A stretch of 63,756 nucleotides of DNA, counting the filler, from Klebsormidium nitens (lineage: Eukaryota > Plantae > Klebsormidiophyceae): the NCBI GenBank assembly GCA_000708835.1. It is 5 parts of 5 records of this genome, joined end to end, with 100 filler letters (N's around TTAATTAATTAA, not from the genome) between each part and the next. Parts side by side here need not be neighbours in the genome. Positions count along the whole stretch, not along the records: positions 35,325 to 59,340 come from DF237098.1; 4 more parts are not named here. One strand, 5' to 3'. Shown in pieces: positions 40,323-53,829 of this stretch. Each line of letters starts with the position of its first letter. The first letter of the stretch is position 1. Position numbers and translations under genes: made by a program. The notes beneath the pieces were generated by a model. The model was not told where the DNA came from and ran no database searches. It worked only from the letters and a program-made list of their open reading frames with translations.

Positions 40323-41829
40323 GACGAGTTGATCAAGGCAGGTAGCGCGCGGAAGCGCATTCTTTGGCTGCAACATAGAGTGTAGCACACCTGTTCATAT
40401 CCTTAGGAGCTCAAAATGTTGCGAGCCAGTGATTGATGGGTTGACATTGCAATTGTAAAGCTGTGTTGCAAGTGGAGTTGATATATTGAATGCCATAGTT
40501 TCCTGCTAGTAAATCATCGATCATTTGGTCTCCTTGTAACATAAGTGAGCAATGTCAAAGCTTGTTCGCCGACCAAGTCCTCTCGTTCCTGGTTGTGGTC
40601 TAATTTGGCCTTCTGGTCATTGTTGGATACTTTTTTGCTCTCATCCATCCCTCGAGCTGTCAATGGAACCGGTTATCGGACGGCGAAGTAGCAAAACTTC
40701 TGATTGTCGTTTTGACGGCTTCGATGCCGCAAAGATTGATTTTGGCATGCCAAGCATTTGATCAAATCGTTCCTGATGCCCGAGAATTGCTCGTTTATGC
40801 CGGCACTTTCTAGTTGAGAAGGTTTGAATACTTTAATAGATGGTCCTCCCCATCTCTTCAGCTTTCCTTTTTGTTTGAAGGCGATGCAGGTTAGCACTGC
40901 CGTGCGTGCGTGTTCCAAGCTTCGGAAAGTTCCCTTTCTTGCATACCTGAGAGCCTATTTGAAGTGGATTGTTGCCCGTGAATTTTGCCCTTCGCCCTGT
41001 TACTGGCAGCCCCTTGTCTCCACTTCTATTAGTTTGCTTGCATGTGCTGCAGAAGTTGAGAGAACTTTGGTTCTTGTATTCTCAGGCTGAGCGGCGAGAA
41101 AGCCGTGAGGTGGGACCCATTGGGCCGCTCCATCGCAATACGACGGGTGATTAGTCCTGACGCTGTCCGCGCGCCTTTTGCGGACACTCACTTCATACTT
41201 CCCTTGCTTTTAGTCTAGACGTGTTTCGGTTACTTGTTAGAAAAGTCTTGGATGGTTTTTTGTCCGGAGAAAGGCACCTGGACAATACTTTGCCTGCCCC
41301 TAGCTATTTAAGCTTGTCTTGAGAGACGTCTTTGTTCCTTATTGTCTTACTGAGGCTGGGATCAGAGCTCGACAAGGAGATCTGAAGCAGTCCGACTCTG
41401 GTGCATGCGTGTCTTAAGCTCTTTGTTTCCCATCTGTGTGACTATACATTGAGCGTGTCATCTCTTTCTGGAATATCGGACGTTACCTGCTCACAGAATC
41501 CGACATATGCGGAACAAATCTCTGAGCGCAGTGTTATGTTGATCTGACGCCCACCGCTTGCGTGCTCCTACTCGGATCGCCCGCTGTGCCCTTGAGAGTT
41601 ACGAAGTTTCGAGGGGGAGGCCTCCCGTTCTCAGTCTTTTGCCAGTTGTGTCGGGGCTTGTTGGACACCTCCCAGGTCTTGGGAATAGAGGTATAATATT
41701 ACTACTATTATTACTATTGATCTTTGGTAAAGTCGCTCCAGTCGGGTGTTCCGAGTCGTTCGACCGCCAATCTGCTGATCAGCAAATTGGGTTTTGGAGC
41801 GGCCATGCCGAATTGCGTCTGCTTCTTCT

Positions 41830-44800
41830 GGAAGCCTCGAATCTCGTAGGGGACTGCACCTTGGCTATTTAAAAACCTGAAGTTCCCGTTTCACCTTTGG
41901 CGACTGCTCTTCTCGTCAAGGGCAGTCGCGATTGTGTCAAATCAGTCAGCGTTTTAGGCTCGTTGTGTCTGTACATCCAAGGGAAACCTTGGATGTACGC
42001 TTTCCAAACTTCGACTGGCCGTGATAACATGAATGGGAACCTAGTTTTCATCTCGCATACTTCTTGTGTGGTGGTCTCGAGTGCCGGTGCTCTGAACTAC
42101 AGGTACCCGATTTAAATTAGTATTACCTTCAAACTCGCCTCAGCGTGTGTCCCCCTGGCTTGTGATCATATGCCCAGTCCTACCTATACTGTCAGCCTCG
42201 ATCAGGTCCCTCGCAGCTTTCGGTACAATACGAGGCTGGAACGCAGATCAGAGAAGATCAATGCGGCCTCTACCAGACCAGAGTACTAAGTTCAGGTTCT
42301 TGCCTTTTTGAAATCCCCCGCATGAATGGCATTTGAAACTGGCTTCTGTACGTTTCTTCGAACAGAGATGACCAGACCATGCAAATCCACGGATGCATTC
42401 AATCCCACATTTCCTGATCTTGAGTACGTGCTTTCCTCTATTCAGAATTTGCAAACTTAGTGTTCTTGCCTGATTTGTATGACGGTATGCAATTGGGCGC
42501 GAGTGGGATGCTTTTGCTCTTTTGTAGACTGAAGATCTAGAATTACCGGCGCATCGAGTCCATCATTGTCTCGCTTTACTTGTTCATTGCATGACTCCGT
42601 GCAAATGGGCTGTGAAGCCAGACTGGCAATGGGGCCGCGATCGCACCCAACGCGTTTGACACATCGATCTGAAGCCACTAGGCGTGATGTTGGCGTGATG
42701 TTGGTGATGTTGGTAACACAGAAAGTGTTACCGGGTAACACTTTCTTATTGAGGAGCTTCTGACCGCTCGTGCAGTTCACGAGCCGGCCACTTAAACTAC
42801 TGAACACCAGCGCGCTTCGGCAATGACGACCAATCTGGGACGACGTGCCCACAAAGAAGCTTCCCATCCTCATGCCCCTGGCAGTCGTTGATCGCTTTTC
42901 CTTTCCAGGAGTGGAGTTCACAACGATCAAGTTGACAACGCGCCCACTGGATTCTGATTTGATCTGGTTCGGTCTGTCTCGGATACCTTGCTTTCCTCAT
43001 GATTGTTCTGCTTTCTTTTCTCGAGCGTGAGAACATTACCAAAGCCAGTGCGTGCTCCAAATAATGTGCAGCTGCTACTTGAGATATCGAGCCCAGTCCC
43101 GTTGCTTTATCAGACGCAACTTGAACGAGTCGATCCACCACTTTTGGTTCGTGCTCCGTCGTTTCTGGAGATTTGAATCCTGATGCTCACCCGTTCTTGA
43201 ACCTTCGGAGAAATTCTTGTCAGTCATCCAAACTATTCAGATTCAAGCTATGTCTCAACCTTTGTCGGCCAGACTGGCTTCATTGAAACCAGTAAGACTG
43301 GCCATGAAGCGTCGGACACCGGCTTCGCCAGGTTTGGATTGCGATGACTCTGACGGTCTCTTCGGTGGCTCCTTCGTGTCTCCTAGCAACTTAAATTGCT
43401 TCGTTTATTCTGCCAGCCGTTCTTACGGTTTTTACGTCTGTTGTTCAGTCTGCTCATAGCCTTTGGAGGATATTCCTACACTGACTTCTGTCCCGTCGTC
43501 GAAACGTCACGTCCCACTCTTCTGTAAAATTCGGGGGACCTTCAAGGTAGCACGTGAAGCCACGTTCTCCTCACTGAGTCACTCAGATGAAAGTATAATG
43601 ACAGGAAAGTATAATGACAGGATGGGCGGGGCCAAAAGTACCACCTTCCGAAGCGCAAGCGGCGCCCACTTTTCCATTCCCGAAGCGTGGTTGTCTGTGT
43701 GTGCCATGAACTTTTCTGAATAGTGCGGCTTGCCTTCCTGGTGTACATTTAATAGCCGTCCTAGCCAGGTAACGCTGGCTTATTAGATCATTTTCCACTA
43801 AGTATGTGGATATTTCATGCGGCTAAGATGATTAACGACTGGGATCGACTAAGTTTACCACGAGCAGCGGTAAAAGTGAAGCCAGCACTCTCACACTTTC
43901 TCCGCGTTCTCGAAGAACCCTTTGTAAGTCGAGGAACCCAGTGGTGGTCGAATTGGACCGATGCAAATCGTCTGTAACTTAGTACGTCATACGCCAGTGC
44001 CAGGAACCCCGTTGTCGTTACATGTCCTCTTTTGTTTGCGAGCCGCCCGGCAGGAGTCCTTAGTAAAAGCCCGCATGAGTAACAAAAGACGAACCCGTGT
44101 TCGCATCATTCAAGGGTGGCTCATCCCTGGATCTGAAGGATTTGTATTTCAAAAATGCTTTTCCAAGCGTTATTCGGATGGTTTGTACGGGAGATGAAAG
44201 CTAAGAGCACCCAATCAGGGCAGCAGGAAGGCGTATGTGTTCAGAAACCTTATTGCAGCATTCTTTTCCAAGCGCTTCGTCTTTGGCTCTTTAAAAGCAC
44301 CACATAATCAGAAGGTGCAAGTTGCTCGATCGTACTCTCTAGCGGCAAGGAAGACGAAGTGGGATCAAAGGCCTTCGCTTCAGGATTTTGCTGACGCCGT
44401 TTGCACGATACTTTCCACGCGCTCTTGGCATCACTCGTTGCCGTGACATTTTCAAATACTGTGTAACGTACTGTGATCCAATCCCATCCCACCAGATTGG
44501 GCACCTCAACGTTGTTTTACGTGCTCTTATCCGACTTATTCTGGAAGGCTGCCCGACCTTCAAGTTACGACTATCGGAACAGTGGGACCGGAGGTTGTGT
44601 AGACAGTGTCAAAGCAGTTCGGATTCCGGCGCGTTGTCCGAGTCTGACTCTCTACCAATCTTCTCTGCGGGGATAATGTCAGCATGCCTCCTTTGGGCGA
44701 CCTTACCGATTCCGGACGTCCAAGGGCAGGCGGATCAGGGCCCCAGCTGGCCCTCAGTGATGGTGGGATGACGCCCACTGCTCGGAACCGCTGCATGTGC

Positions 44801-47500
44801 TTTCGAGAAGTCGGCAGTTCTGACGGGAAATCGCTCCTGTCGGGGACTTTTGTCAGTTACAGTATCGGCGCTTGTTGGACTTCTTTCAAGTTTGGGTTGA
44901 TCTTTGGCGGCGTCCGAGTCGTTCCGGGTCTTAGCTTGATCTCCGTGGACTTGCTCACCATGTCCGCCCAAAGTGATTCGGAGGTTTCTGGAAGCATCGA
45001 TTCTCGTAGGGCAATACACAACCAGATTGGACCATGACCCATTTCGACTTGGTGTCCTTTTGTGTTCGAGGGTAGAGACCATTCTCTAAGGTCAGTCAGG
45101 GTTCTAGATTCGTGGTTGTGACTGTACAAGGTAACCCTTTTGCTTTCCGTAGGTCGACTGGCCGTGATAACATGAATGGGAACATGTTTCCTATTCCTCA
45201 TCTTGTGGTGTGGTGGTTCTGAGTGCCGGTACTCTGAAGTATAGGTGAATGATTTCAGTATCACTTTCAGCCTCGCCTCGGAGTGTGTCCCCTTGGCTTG
45301 ATCGTCATATGCCCAGACCTAACAAATCAATGCAAGTTTGGTAAGGACGGCTGCTTCATTAGTACCGTCGGCCTTAGTGTCGCTCGTTAATCTCGGGAGA
45401 AAACAAGGATGGAACGCAGGAAAAGGGGACAATTCTGGCCTCTAGCAGACCAGACTACTTCAAGTCTCGCATTTTTTTTCAAATTCAACTGGGTTGCGCC
45501 CCGTTGAATGGCGTGTATGTCGGATGGCCGCTATACGTTGTTTTGGATTCACAAGCATAAAATCAGTTATAGGAATGCATTCACCCATTTTCCCACACGC
45601 TTTTGCGTGTTCAAAGCTTCGCAAAGTGGCTTTTCCGCCCACGTAGGACGAGGGGCAATTTGCGTGTTGCAATGATCTTGTTCTTATGTGAGCCGGAGAG
45701 CTAGAACCGGCCGGCGCTCTTGTCTAATCTGTTCAAGTGGCGAGTTTCGTGAAACATAGCTAGGCTGTGCATCTGGGGCCATCCGACTCGCACCCAGTTC
45801 ATTCAACACGTTCGAAGCCATTTGGACTTTTCGTTAGTATGACTTCTCTACTAAGTGAAGCTCAAGCCCTCGTTGCATTTCACGAACCTCGCTATTGCAA
45901 CTATTAAACATCAGCGCAGACTTCGGCAGTGACGAACAATTTGGGAGGACCATCCCCACGAAAGGAATCCTCGCCCTGATGCCACTGGGAGTCTTTGACT
46001 ACTTTCCGATCCTGTAGTTGAGTTTCAAGAATCAAGTGAGAACGCCGTTGAATTTTAATTTGATACTGGTTCAGTCTGGTCCCGTATGGCCTTTCCCTTT
46101 CTACTTTGTTTTCTATTTCTCCCTTTTAACTTGTTGGTATAGTGTTTGCGAGCGTGCAAACCTCACCAAAGCCACTGCGTGATCGAATCTGTGTGCACCC
46201 GCTGTTTGGGTCTATCCGATTCGACAGAAATTCTGATGGACGCCCAAGTCAATCAAGAGGTTTTTGTTTCGCGTGCCCTTCAGGAAGGTTGACAGATGCG
46301 AGCGAGCGTCGCTCCGATACCTCTCGGTTAGGTAGTCGTTAGGAATCGTCGGGTTGTGCCAATTAATTCACGGCGGTAATGACAAGTAGGGATATGAGCC
46401 CATTTCTATTCCCTAGCTAGCTGATCAGAGGCCAACTGGAAGGAGTTCACTTTTTCTGCTTTGTGCTCCCTCGTACGTGATGGAAGTCTGTTCAACCTCC
46501 AATGTTCACTCGGGCCGTGCTTAATCCGTTAAACATGGATCCTCGCTGATCGTCCTCGGTGGTCTATTTAAGGTTCACGCCGTGTCCCAAGCTATGAAGG
46601 TCAGAATGATTTCCCGAATTTGAGGGTGGCCATGATGAAGAATCAGACTCCCGGCTTTGCTCTCAATGAAGCAGGTTGGTGCTTTCAATGTTCTGATGCC
46701 CTCTTCGTGGGGGCTGCTTCGTCTCTCCTAGCAATTGAAATTTGCTCCATTCATTCTGCCAGCCGTGCCCAACTTCTCCACCTCCGTCTTCCAACCTGCT
46801 CATAGCTTTGTAGGACGTCCAGGCTACACTGACCTCCGTCCCGTCGTTAACCACCTTTCACGTCTCTGCAGGGACCTTGGTAGCAATTAGTAAAGCCATC
46901 GTTCTTCTCACCCAGTCCCCCAAGTAAAGACAGAGTGGGTGGCGCCTAATTCTTACCTTGCGCAACGCGTAAGTGGCGCCCACTTTGCGTCTCCGAAGCG
47001 TCACATCCCTTTACGCGTTCCCAAAAGCCTTGATTACTGAATAGAACGCCTTGCCCTACTGGTGTACGTCGACCCTCCTAGTCAGGCAACACTGTCTAAC
47101 TTACTTTCATGTGGCTATTATGTTCCGACTGGGACTACAGTAGTTCTCACGCAGCGGCGAACGAATTGAAGCCAGCACTCTCACAATTTTCCGAAGCCGT
47201 TGAGTGCCATTCTGTCCGAACCAGGTTTTTACGCGAGATCCTTCCCTTACCGTTTGCGTCTTCACGCCTTACCTTAAGAAAGCTTTTAACCGGCCTCAGT
47301 AGGCTGCTTCAGTTCTGTCCAAGTGGCAACAAAACAGATATGTCGAGGACTCGGTCATTACAAATGGAGTAAGTCTTGTGTGGACCAAAGCGCGCTTTTT
47401 CTTTAATTTATCTTCTGCAATTCTCAAAGTGCAGCCACGTCCCTCGGCAAGTGGCGTTGCATGCGCCCGGACTTGCATTGTGATTGACGTACGTTACCCT
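41830..47500 (-). pseudogene. Old tandem duplication (~3.2-kb period) of a decayed, unidentified gene
   Basis: Paired blocks: CTGGAAGC(C/A)TCGA(A/T)TCTCGTAGGG (~41830 / ~44987); TCGACTGGCCGTGATAACATGAATGGGAAC (~42011 / ~45154); TCTCCTAGCAA...TTCTGCCAGCCGT (~43378 / ~46704); GAAGCCAGCACTCTCACA (~43878 / ~47167). Minus-strand translation DGTEVSV...AMSRL...GWQN with stops and frameshifts. Confidence 0.65.
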
Positions 47501-48263
47501 GCATTTCAAGCAATGAACGCCCAGAGTATTCAATCGATCGGATGCTGTTGATAAGATTTCCCAAACTGAGCTCATCATGTGCTCATAATCTACAACTTCG
47601 TGTACTCGCCCGAACCACGATCAAGTGTTTTAGTTTAATGGAGATGACATTGGTTTGGCTTCGAAAGAATCAGAGTCATTCAATCATCATCTCTCGGTCA
47701 GAGTGGCTGTGAAGTCGAAATGGCGGCTTCGCTACTTGCTGTTGATCCAGAGTATCTTCTGAAGCCACTAGCCGCCGTGTCCGGTAGTATATTTTCTTGC
47801 CAAATTATAATCGTCAAGTCGCTCGCGTATATTTGAGAAATCTTGCAACGAAATTTACAGACCATATGGGCATTCTCGAATCGGCAATGAGGAACGTTTC
47901 GGGATAAATTTCCCAGGATCCTGCTCCTCCTGATGCCAGACGTGGGTTAGCTTCCTCTCGTACAAACACACGGAGAACGAAGTCGACGAAGCCCGTCGAC
48001 TTCATTAACTGCACATGTGCTGACCCAGTCTAGATCTGCGGAGCTGATTCGGAAACTTGCATATCCGAGTGACCACTATCAACCTAGCTGTGTTCCACGG
48101 CGATGCCACGATGGTGCCGGCTTCTTCTTGCCGTCTACATCACGATGCTCGACACTTTTCTTGCGCTGGTGGCCGCGCAACGCTTTGCGGTTCCAAGTTG
48201 GCGTCAAATCTTTCGAGATATTTCTCCAGTGCGAGCTGGAAGCTAGGACGGTGCTGAAGAAAT

Positions 48264-48282
48264 NNNNNNNNNNNNNNNNNNN
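48264..48282. other. Intra-scaffold gap (N19)
   Basis: Run of 19 N without the linker. Confidence 0.95.
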
Positions 48283-50990
48283 NCCCCCAAATTGACCCTA
48301 CTCGTCTCAAGCTGGTGAGCTTACTATTCCTAAAGCTTACTATTCCTGAACTGTGTCGGCTCGCTGAACCTACCGACCTAATGGCGGAGCACTTTCAATG
48401 CCCCACCGCATCCGATCCACTTGGTATGTCAGCTTTTCTAATTAAGCCAAAACGAAACGTGCGGCCGGAGTAGCTCCTTTGACTCGGAATCATGGACGGC
48501 CTGCCTTAAAACGCGTGCTCTCTTTTGTACTGTAAAGTCCGGGAGCTCATTCCCAACCACAGCACCCGGCCTGTTTCAACCATCTTTGCCCCGGTCATGT
48601 TGCTGAAAGGCGATGAAAACTCATTCTTCCATGCTTCCTTATTTCTGCCGCACGAACTACGTCTAACAAGCGTCTCTGCTCGAGTACCTGCTCAATCGTC
48701 ACGTGGGCTGATTCCTGAGTGACGTCGCTCTGGAAACCATTCCAAAGCACAGTTGACCTGATGGGCAGTCGCTCCTCTCACGAATATCGTTCCCGGCCGG
48801 CCAGTGGTTATGGCAAATTGTGGCATGAGACCAATGGGTCCGGCCAGTTCTAAGACATCTGTGGGCCGTCGCCAGCGTCAATTGGTTTCAAATCAAATGC
48901 TTCTTTCAGCCTCCACGGATCATGCTTTATTAAAATTATGGAGGACATCTTCCAGTTATGCAACCGTGCTACTGCAAGAAAGCCTTTTATCCTAGATCGA
49001 ACCCTGCAACCCAGATGCCCCACTCTGGAGCGATGTTCAACGAACTTGGTTCGATCACGTGACATGTCCGAAACGTGCTCAAGCGGGTCCGAATCATGTC
49101 CAAATGGTCCGAACTGGGCCGCAGATCGACTAACTCGGGTATGTATTCCAGCCTGGAGGAACAATGGCTAACCTGGGACCGAAGCCCCAATGAGGTCGTC
49201 TCTTTTACGATGCCACTGAAAATCAACTCGATCTAGTGCCCTTTGATTGAAGCGCTTCTAGCCTTTGATTCTGGGGAAAGCATTGACAATGTCTGTTGAT
49301 CTATCAGCACAAGACAGCCCTGCTGGTTACGCTTAAGGAAATTTACCTAAATCGTACCGCGATTTTCATCCCTCCATGCGGTGCGAATGGTCTGTCACTG
49401 AGATGCTTCATGCTTCTAAGCAAACCAAATCCGGATGCCCTATGACATTATATGAATTCCGACCTCGTCCCTTTCTGAAAGTGGCTCCGTCAATGAACAC
49501 GACGACCAAAGCCGTTCCCTGTAAGCTTCTGTTCTCGCTCAGAACAACTCACCTGACTAGGCCGCTGCCAAATCTCTTCTCTCGTCCAGAGTTTTAACGA
49601 TGGACAATATTGCGCGCTGAGTTTTTGAGATTCTTATCTTACCGGGCTTGGTCTGGTCTTGGTTAGCTTGCTTTCCATATGTTCCTTTTAGTGCGCGGTT
49701 CGAGTAAGTTATGTGCAACTGGCCATAAAAAGATAAGAAAGCCCATTTCTACGAAAGATCTCTGAATGCCTTGTGATGAACTCGGCTTCAAGTTCGTACC
49801 TGGCGAAGATCTGGCGCATTGAAGACATCACTTTCTCAAGTCGTCTGCACACGGTGACCTGCGTTTGTGTGCCTATCACCGGCCGTTTTCAATTTAAAAC
49901 GTTTCCAGAAAAAGATCCTCTGATCTGGCGGTGACCACTTTGTGAGCTTATAGCTCACGCGCCTCTTTCAGGGTTGTTGTCTGACGCCACTGACATCCAC
50001 CACTCGTTGTACCTAGAATCTCACTTGAATGGCACGTAAGGTTTACAGAAAGGCTCCGTCCGAAAACAAGTGCCATTCATCCTCAGTTATGAGTTGTTTT
50101 GTCCGCTTGTATAGGTACTCAATGCACATTAGGGGAGTATCTGCAAGTCATGAACTTTTTTGAATCCTTTGCAACGAAGATAGGAAGTAAAAGCGCAGGT
50201 TTACCGCAACAGGCCCCGTATCTTTCGAAAGCTGATTCCAGCTTTTCTCAGCACTTCCCTTTCAAGCCTGTCTTTTGTCACAGCATTTTGACTGCGCGCC
50301 AGAGGTTGAGAATTGGTTTTTCACGTCTAACGCGCTAGCGGCGAGGAAGCAGACTAAGTGGACCAAAGTGAACCACGCACACCCGATTTGGTCACTGACG
50401 CCACTTGTGCATTATTTGCGCACGTTTGTGACTTCTCATCAAGGTTCTATGACTCTTTCCGGCAAGACACTCTCCTTTGGGTCAATTGTGCCCAACAATA
50501 TTTGGACGTCATGGTTCCTGCTACTTTGGTTTGTCGTTTCTCGGATGACGCCCCTCTCCTGGGCGGTCGGATCGATTTAACCGTAGGCTCAGCATTAAGA
50601 GTCGAGGCAGGCTGGACTCAAATGCCTTTCCACGTCGACCTTTTCTTTTGTTTGTCTTCTGAAGTACTTTCAGCACGCCTTCCCCGGCGCGTTGGAAGAT
50701 GCACGTCAGCTAGGCTTCGACCTCTGACGTGCGGCGTCAACATTTTCAAATCCCTTGAACCTCCAAAGCCCTGATCATGCATACGGGTCGTGTGATGCCG
50801 GTGGAGCAACGCTGCGCCCCTTTTATAAAGTTGTATCTGCCGCCAGCTGTGCAGTATGCGTTCCGGACGTCCCGGAGCCCTTCTCACTCTTTCCGTCTTC
50901 ATCCGTCCGTCCACCGTACCGAATGTACGCAACGAAGGCGTTCGATCGTAGAGGCGATGTTAGAAACTGCTTTGGCTACTTGCTGTAGTC

Positions 50991-51031
50991 CCCAACTTGT
51001 TGCGGTAGTCCCCAACTTGCTGCGGTCTTGC
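50991..51031. repeat. ~21-bp tandem duplication GTAGTCCCCAACTTG(T/C)TGCG
   Basis: Two near-identical adjacent copies. Confidence 0.8.
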
Positions 51032-53794
51032 TCTAGATCTATCGTCGTAGACTTGTGTTTTCCAATCCGCGTTGTGAATCTGCTAAGCCTGTTGGACTTC
51101 TCTTGAGGCTTCGGCTGTTGTCGGAATCAAGGCATAACTATTGGAAACTGCAGTTTGCCCTTGTGCTCGAGGATGCCCTTTTTTGGCCACTGCCTATCCT
51201 TTCTACTTCAATTGGTACCTTGGCAGCGCTCTCCCTTGAAGTCGGTACGTTTTTAGGCCTTGCTTCTCAGGAATCTGACTGGCTAGGATTGCAACCAGCG
51301 GGGACATAGGTCCCAGTAGCAGTTCAAGTTACGTCACTTGAAGGCCAGTCTTGATTACCGGTCACCTTCAGTGCAGAGCAGTTCCCCTTGTTTTGTTGGT
51401 TCTATTTCTGTACAGCTCCTCCCACGACATAGAGACAACTTATTTGCCCCGCCTCTGAATTAACTGAATTACTGCTTTTGGCAAATAAATATACGATCAA
51501 AGTGGCGTAGGGAGATTTTTCAATAATTCGAAGTTCTTCTTATACTGCGTCCTGATGGTTCCGGTGCACCCCCTTCTTTTTGCTGATTTCGACGACCCGG
51601 CCCTGCATGGAATGCGGTCTTAGTCAGAGCTTTCCAAAGGTATGAAGTATCTCAAATCTACGCTCATCTTGAGAATTCATACAGCCAATCTGTTGTAGCC
51701 CGTTTATTGGGCGGTGTGCGAGCTCCGCGAGTGACGATTAGTACTTCACTGGAGCTAGCAAAAGCGGCGCTCTCGTGGCCACTTCATCTGTTCAAGACCA
51801 GAATGGACGTGAATCTTGACTTGGAGCCGTCGAAGTGGTTACGTCGTACCCAAATATTCATGAAAATGGTATCTTTCGAAGCCTGCACTTGGCGTGGCGT
51901 TTCCAATGATGACCCATGTTCTTCTCGGACTTGCAGTCAGGACTACTCATCACTGACGCAGCCTGTTTTGGCGAGGACGACCACCTTGGGACTATCAGCC
52001 AACGCTCTGATCCCCGTTACTCTGATGCCATCCGTTCTCGGGTCCCGGTCATGTAACTGATCCCAAGTTGACACGAATCGGCGATGTCCGTTCGAATCTT
52101 CGTGGTCATTAAAACGGGTTCGGTCTGATTTGGTTTGGGATGCTCGAACTCTTAGGTTTCCTTGGCGCATGGACCTTAGTAACCGACGCCACTGTGGGTG
52201 CTTCAGAAGTTGTGAGTTGGCCCTTCGATCAGACAAGAGCTTCGCGCCCTTTTCATGCTTTCGTGTTGTAGTGGCGCTGTGGACAGGCATGCGCCTGTTC
52301 GTCAACGACAGTCGATTTGTATCATTATCCCATAAAGGTCCTTAAAAGCCGGGATTTATTAACCGTTCAGATAGATCGAAACTAGAAGGGAGTGAAGGAT
52401 GGTGCGCGGCCGGTCCTACAGTCGCTTTAGGAAGTCGAGTTATCGACTTCGAGTCAATCTTTATGGCTATCGGTCAGTGAAGAGGTTCCAGCGGTCCAAT
52501 AGCTGATGTCTGCAAAAGGATCCAGTCGATTCAAATGTTGGAAAGCTGCGCCGCCATGCGCAGTCCCTTGGCAAACGTATAAAACTACAATAATAGCCTC
52601 TCTCGCCTGGGATCTGCACGCTTCATTTTAAGTTTGAATTGTCACCGTTAATCATGTGTGGCTATGACAACCTATATTGGGCTGTTAGCCCAATGCGCAG
52701 ATTGTTAGTTTGACGCCAACCAAGTCGGTTCCTTATCGTGTCCCATCTCTTCAATAACCCAGGTTCAAATATCAAGTCCCGGGTTTCATTTCACCTGCGC
52801 TTGATCTGCTGAGGCGCTAAAAATCTTGTCAATCACCTGCAGCCCGGAATCGAAGTACGTTCTATGACGACGTAGTAGGCAGCCGTCCTCCGCCTTCCAT
52901 CTTTTGCATGCGGGTAGCTCTTGACCCACTTTACGCTGAATTGATACGTTCCATTTTCTTTGTCCTCTGCCTTCGCGTTTGTCTCGCCGGGCCATTTTCT
53001 TGTGACCCTGGTAGCAAGTGAAGCCGTTTACATTGTTGCTCACCCGGTCGTGCGGCCGGGGCTGAGTTGAAGACTAGCGGGTGGCCCCAAGTATCATCAA
53101 GTACCGTCGCAAAGCGCTCACTTGTTGATGATGCAGAGCGAATGTGTCACTCTGTGTCCTTGAACGACCTTCGAAAAGGTATGCCCCTGACCTGTGGACA
53201 CTCGGTATACGAGCTGCCGGGCGGCATTACAAGTTGTTCTTACTTTGGCTTGGACGATCCGAACGAGACTACAACCCAACGAAAAGTTGCATTCGAAAGC
53301 CAGCACTCTTGCCCTTTCTTTCTTGTTTCAACCTAATGGACCGCCTTTGCTGCGAAGCTCATCAACATTGTAGTAATGCGGACAGGGGACAGTGGACCCT
53401 GATGCTGATGTTACTATGAAGGAATTTGTCAATTTCACACGTACGACGGTCAGCGCTATTGCTTTTCCACCCAAGTCTGACTGTGCTTTGCCGGGCCCTC
53501 TCGTCTGGTCTGTCAGTTCTTCTGGGCGTCTCGTACTGAGCTCTTTTTTATTGGGCCTTCAAATAGCCCCAGGCGCTCCGGCCTTCCGGTGGTGGCAAAT
53601 TAGCTGTCTAATTTTCACCAAAGAGATAAGTGATTGGTGTTACGTGTATACGTAAATTCACGGGTGCCGGTATCTTACTCTGCTCTGTCTGTGACGAGAG
53701 ACTGGGAAAACGGATGTGCCCAGTACACCTGAAAAGAGGTTCCTTATGATGAACTACTTTGTGTTATTGTTCTGCCCTTGTTTTGGTGCAAAAG

Positions 53795-53829
53795 TGTCCT
53801 GTCCTGTCCTGTCCTGTCCTGTCCTGTCC
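53795..53829. repeat. (TGTCC)7 microsatellite
   Basis: Seven perfect pentamers. Confidence 0.95.
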
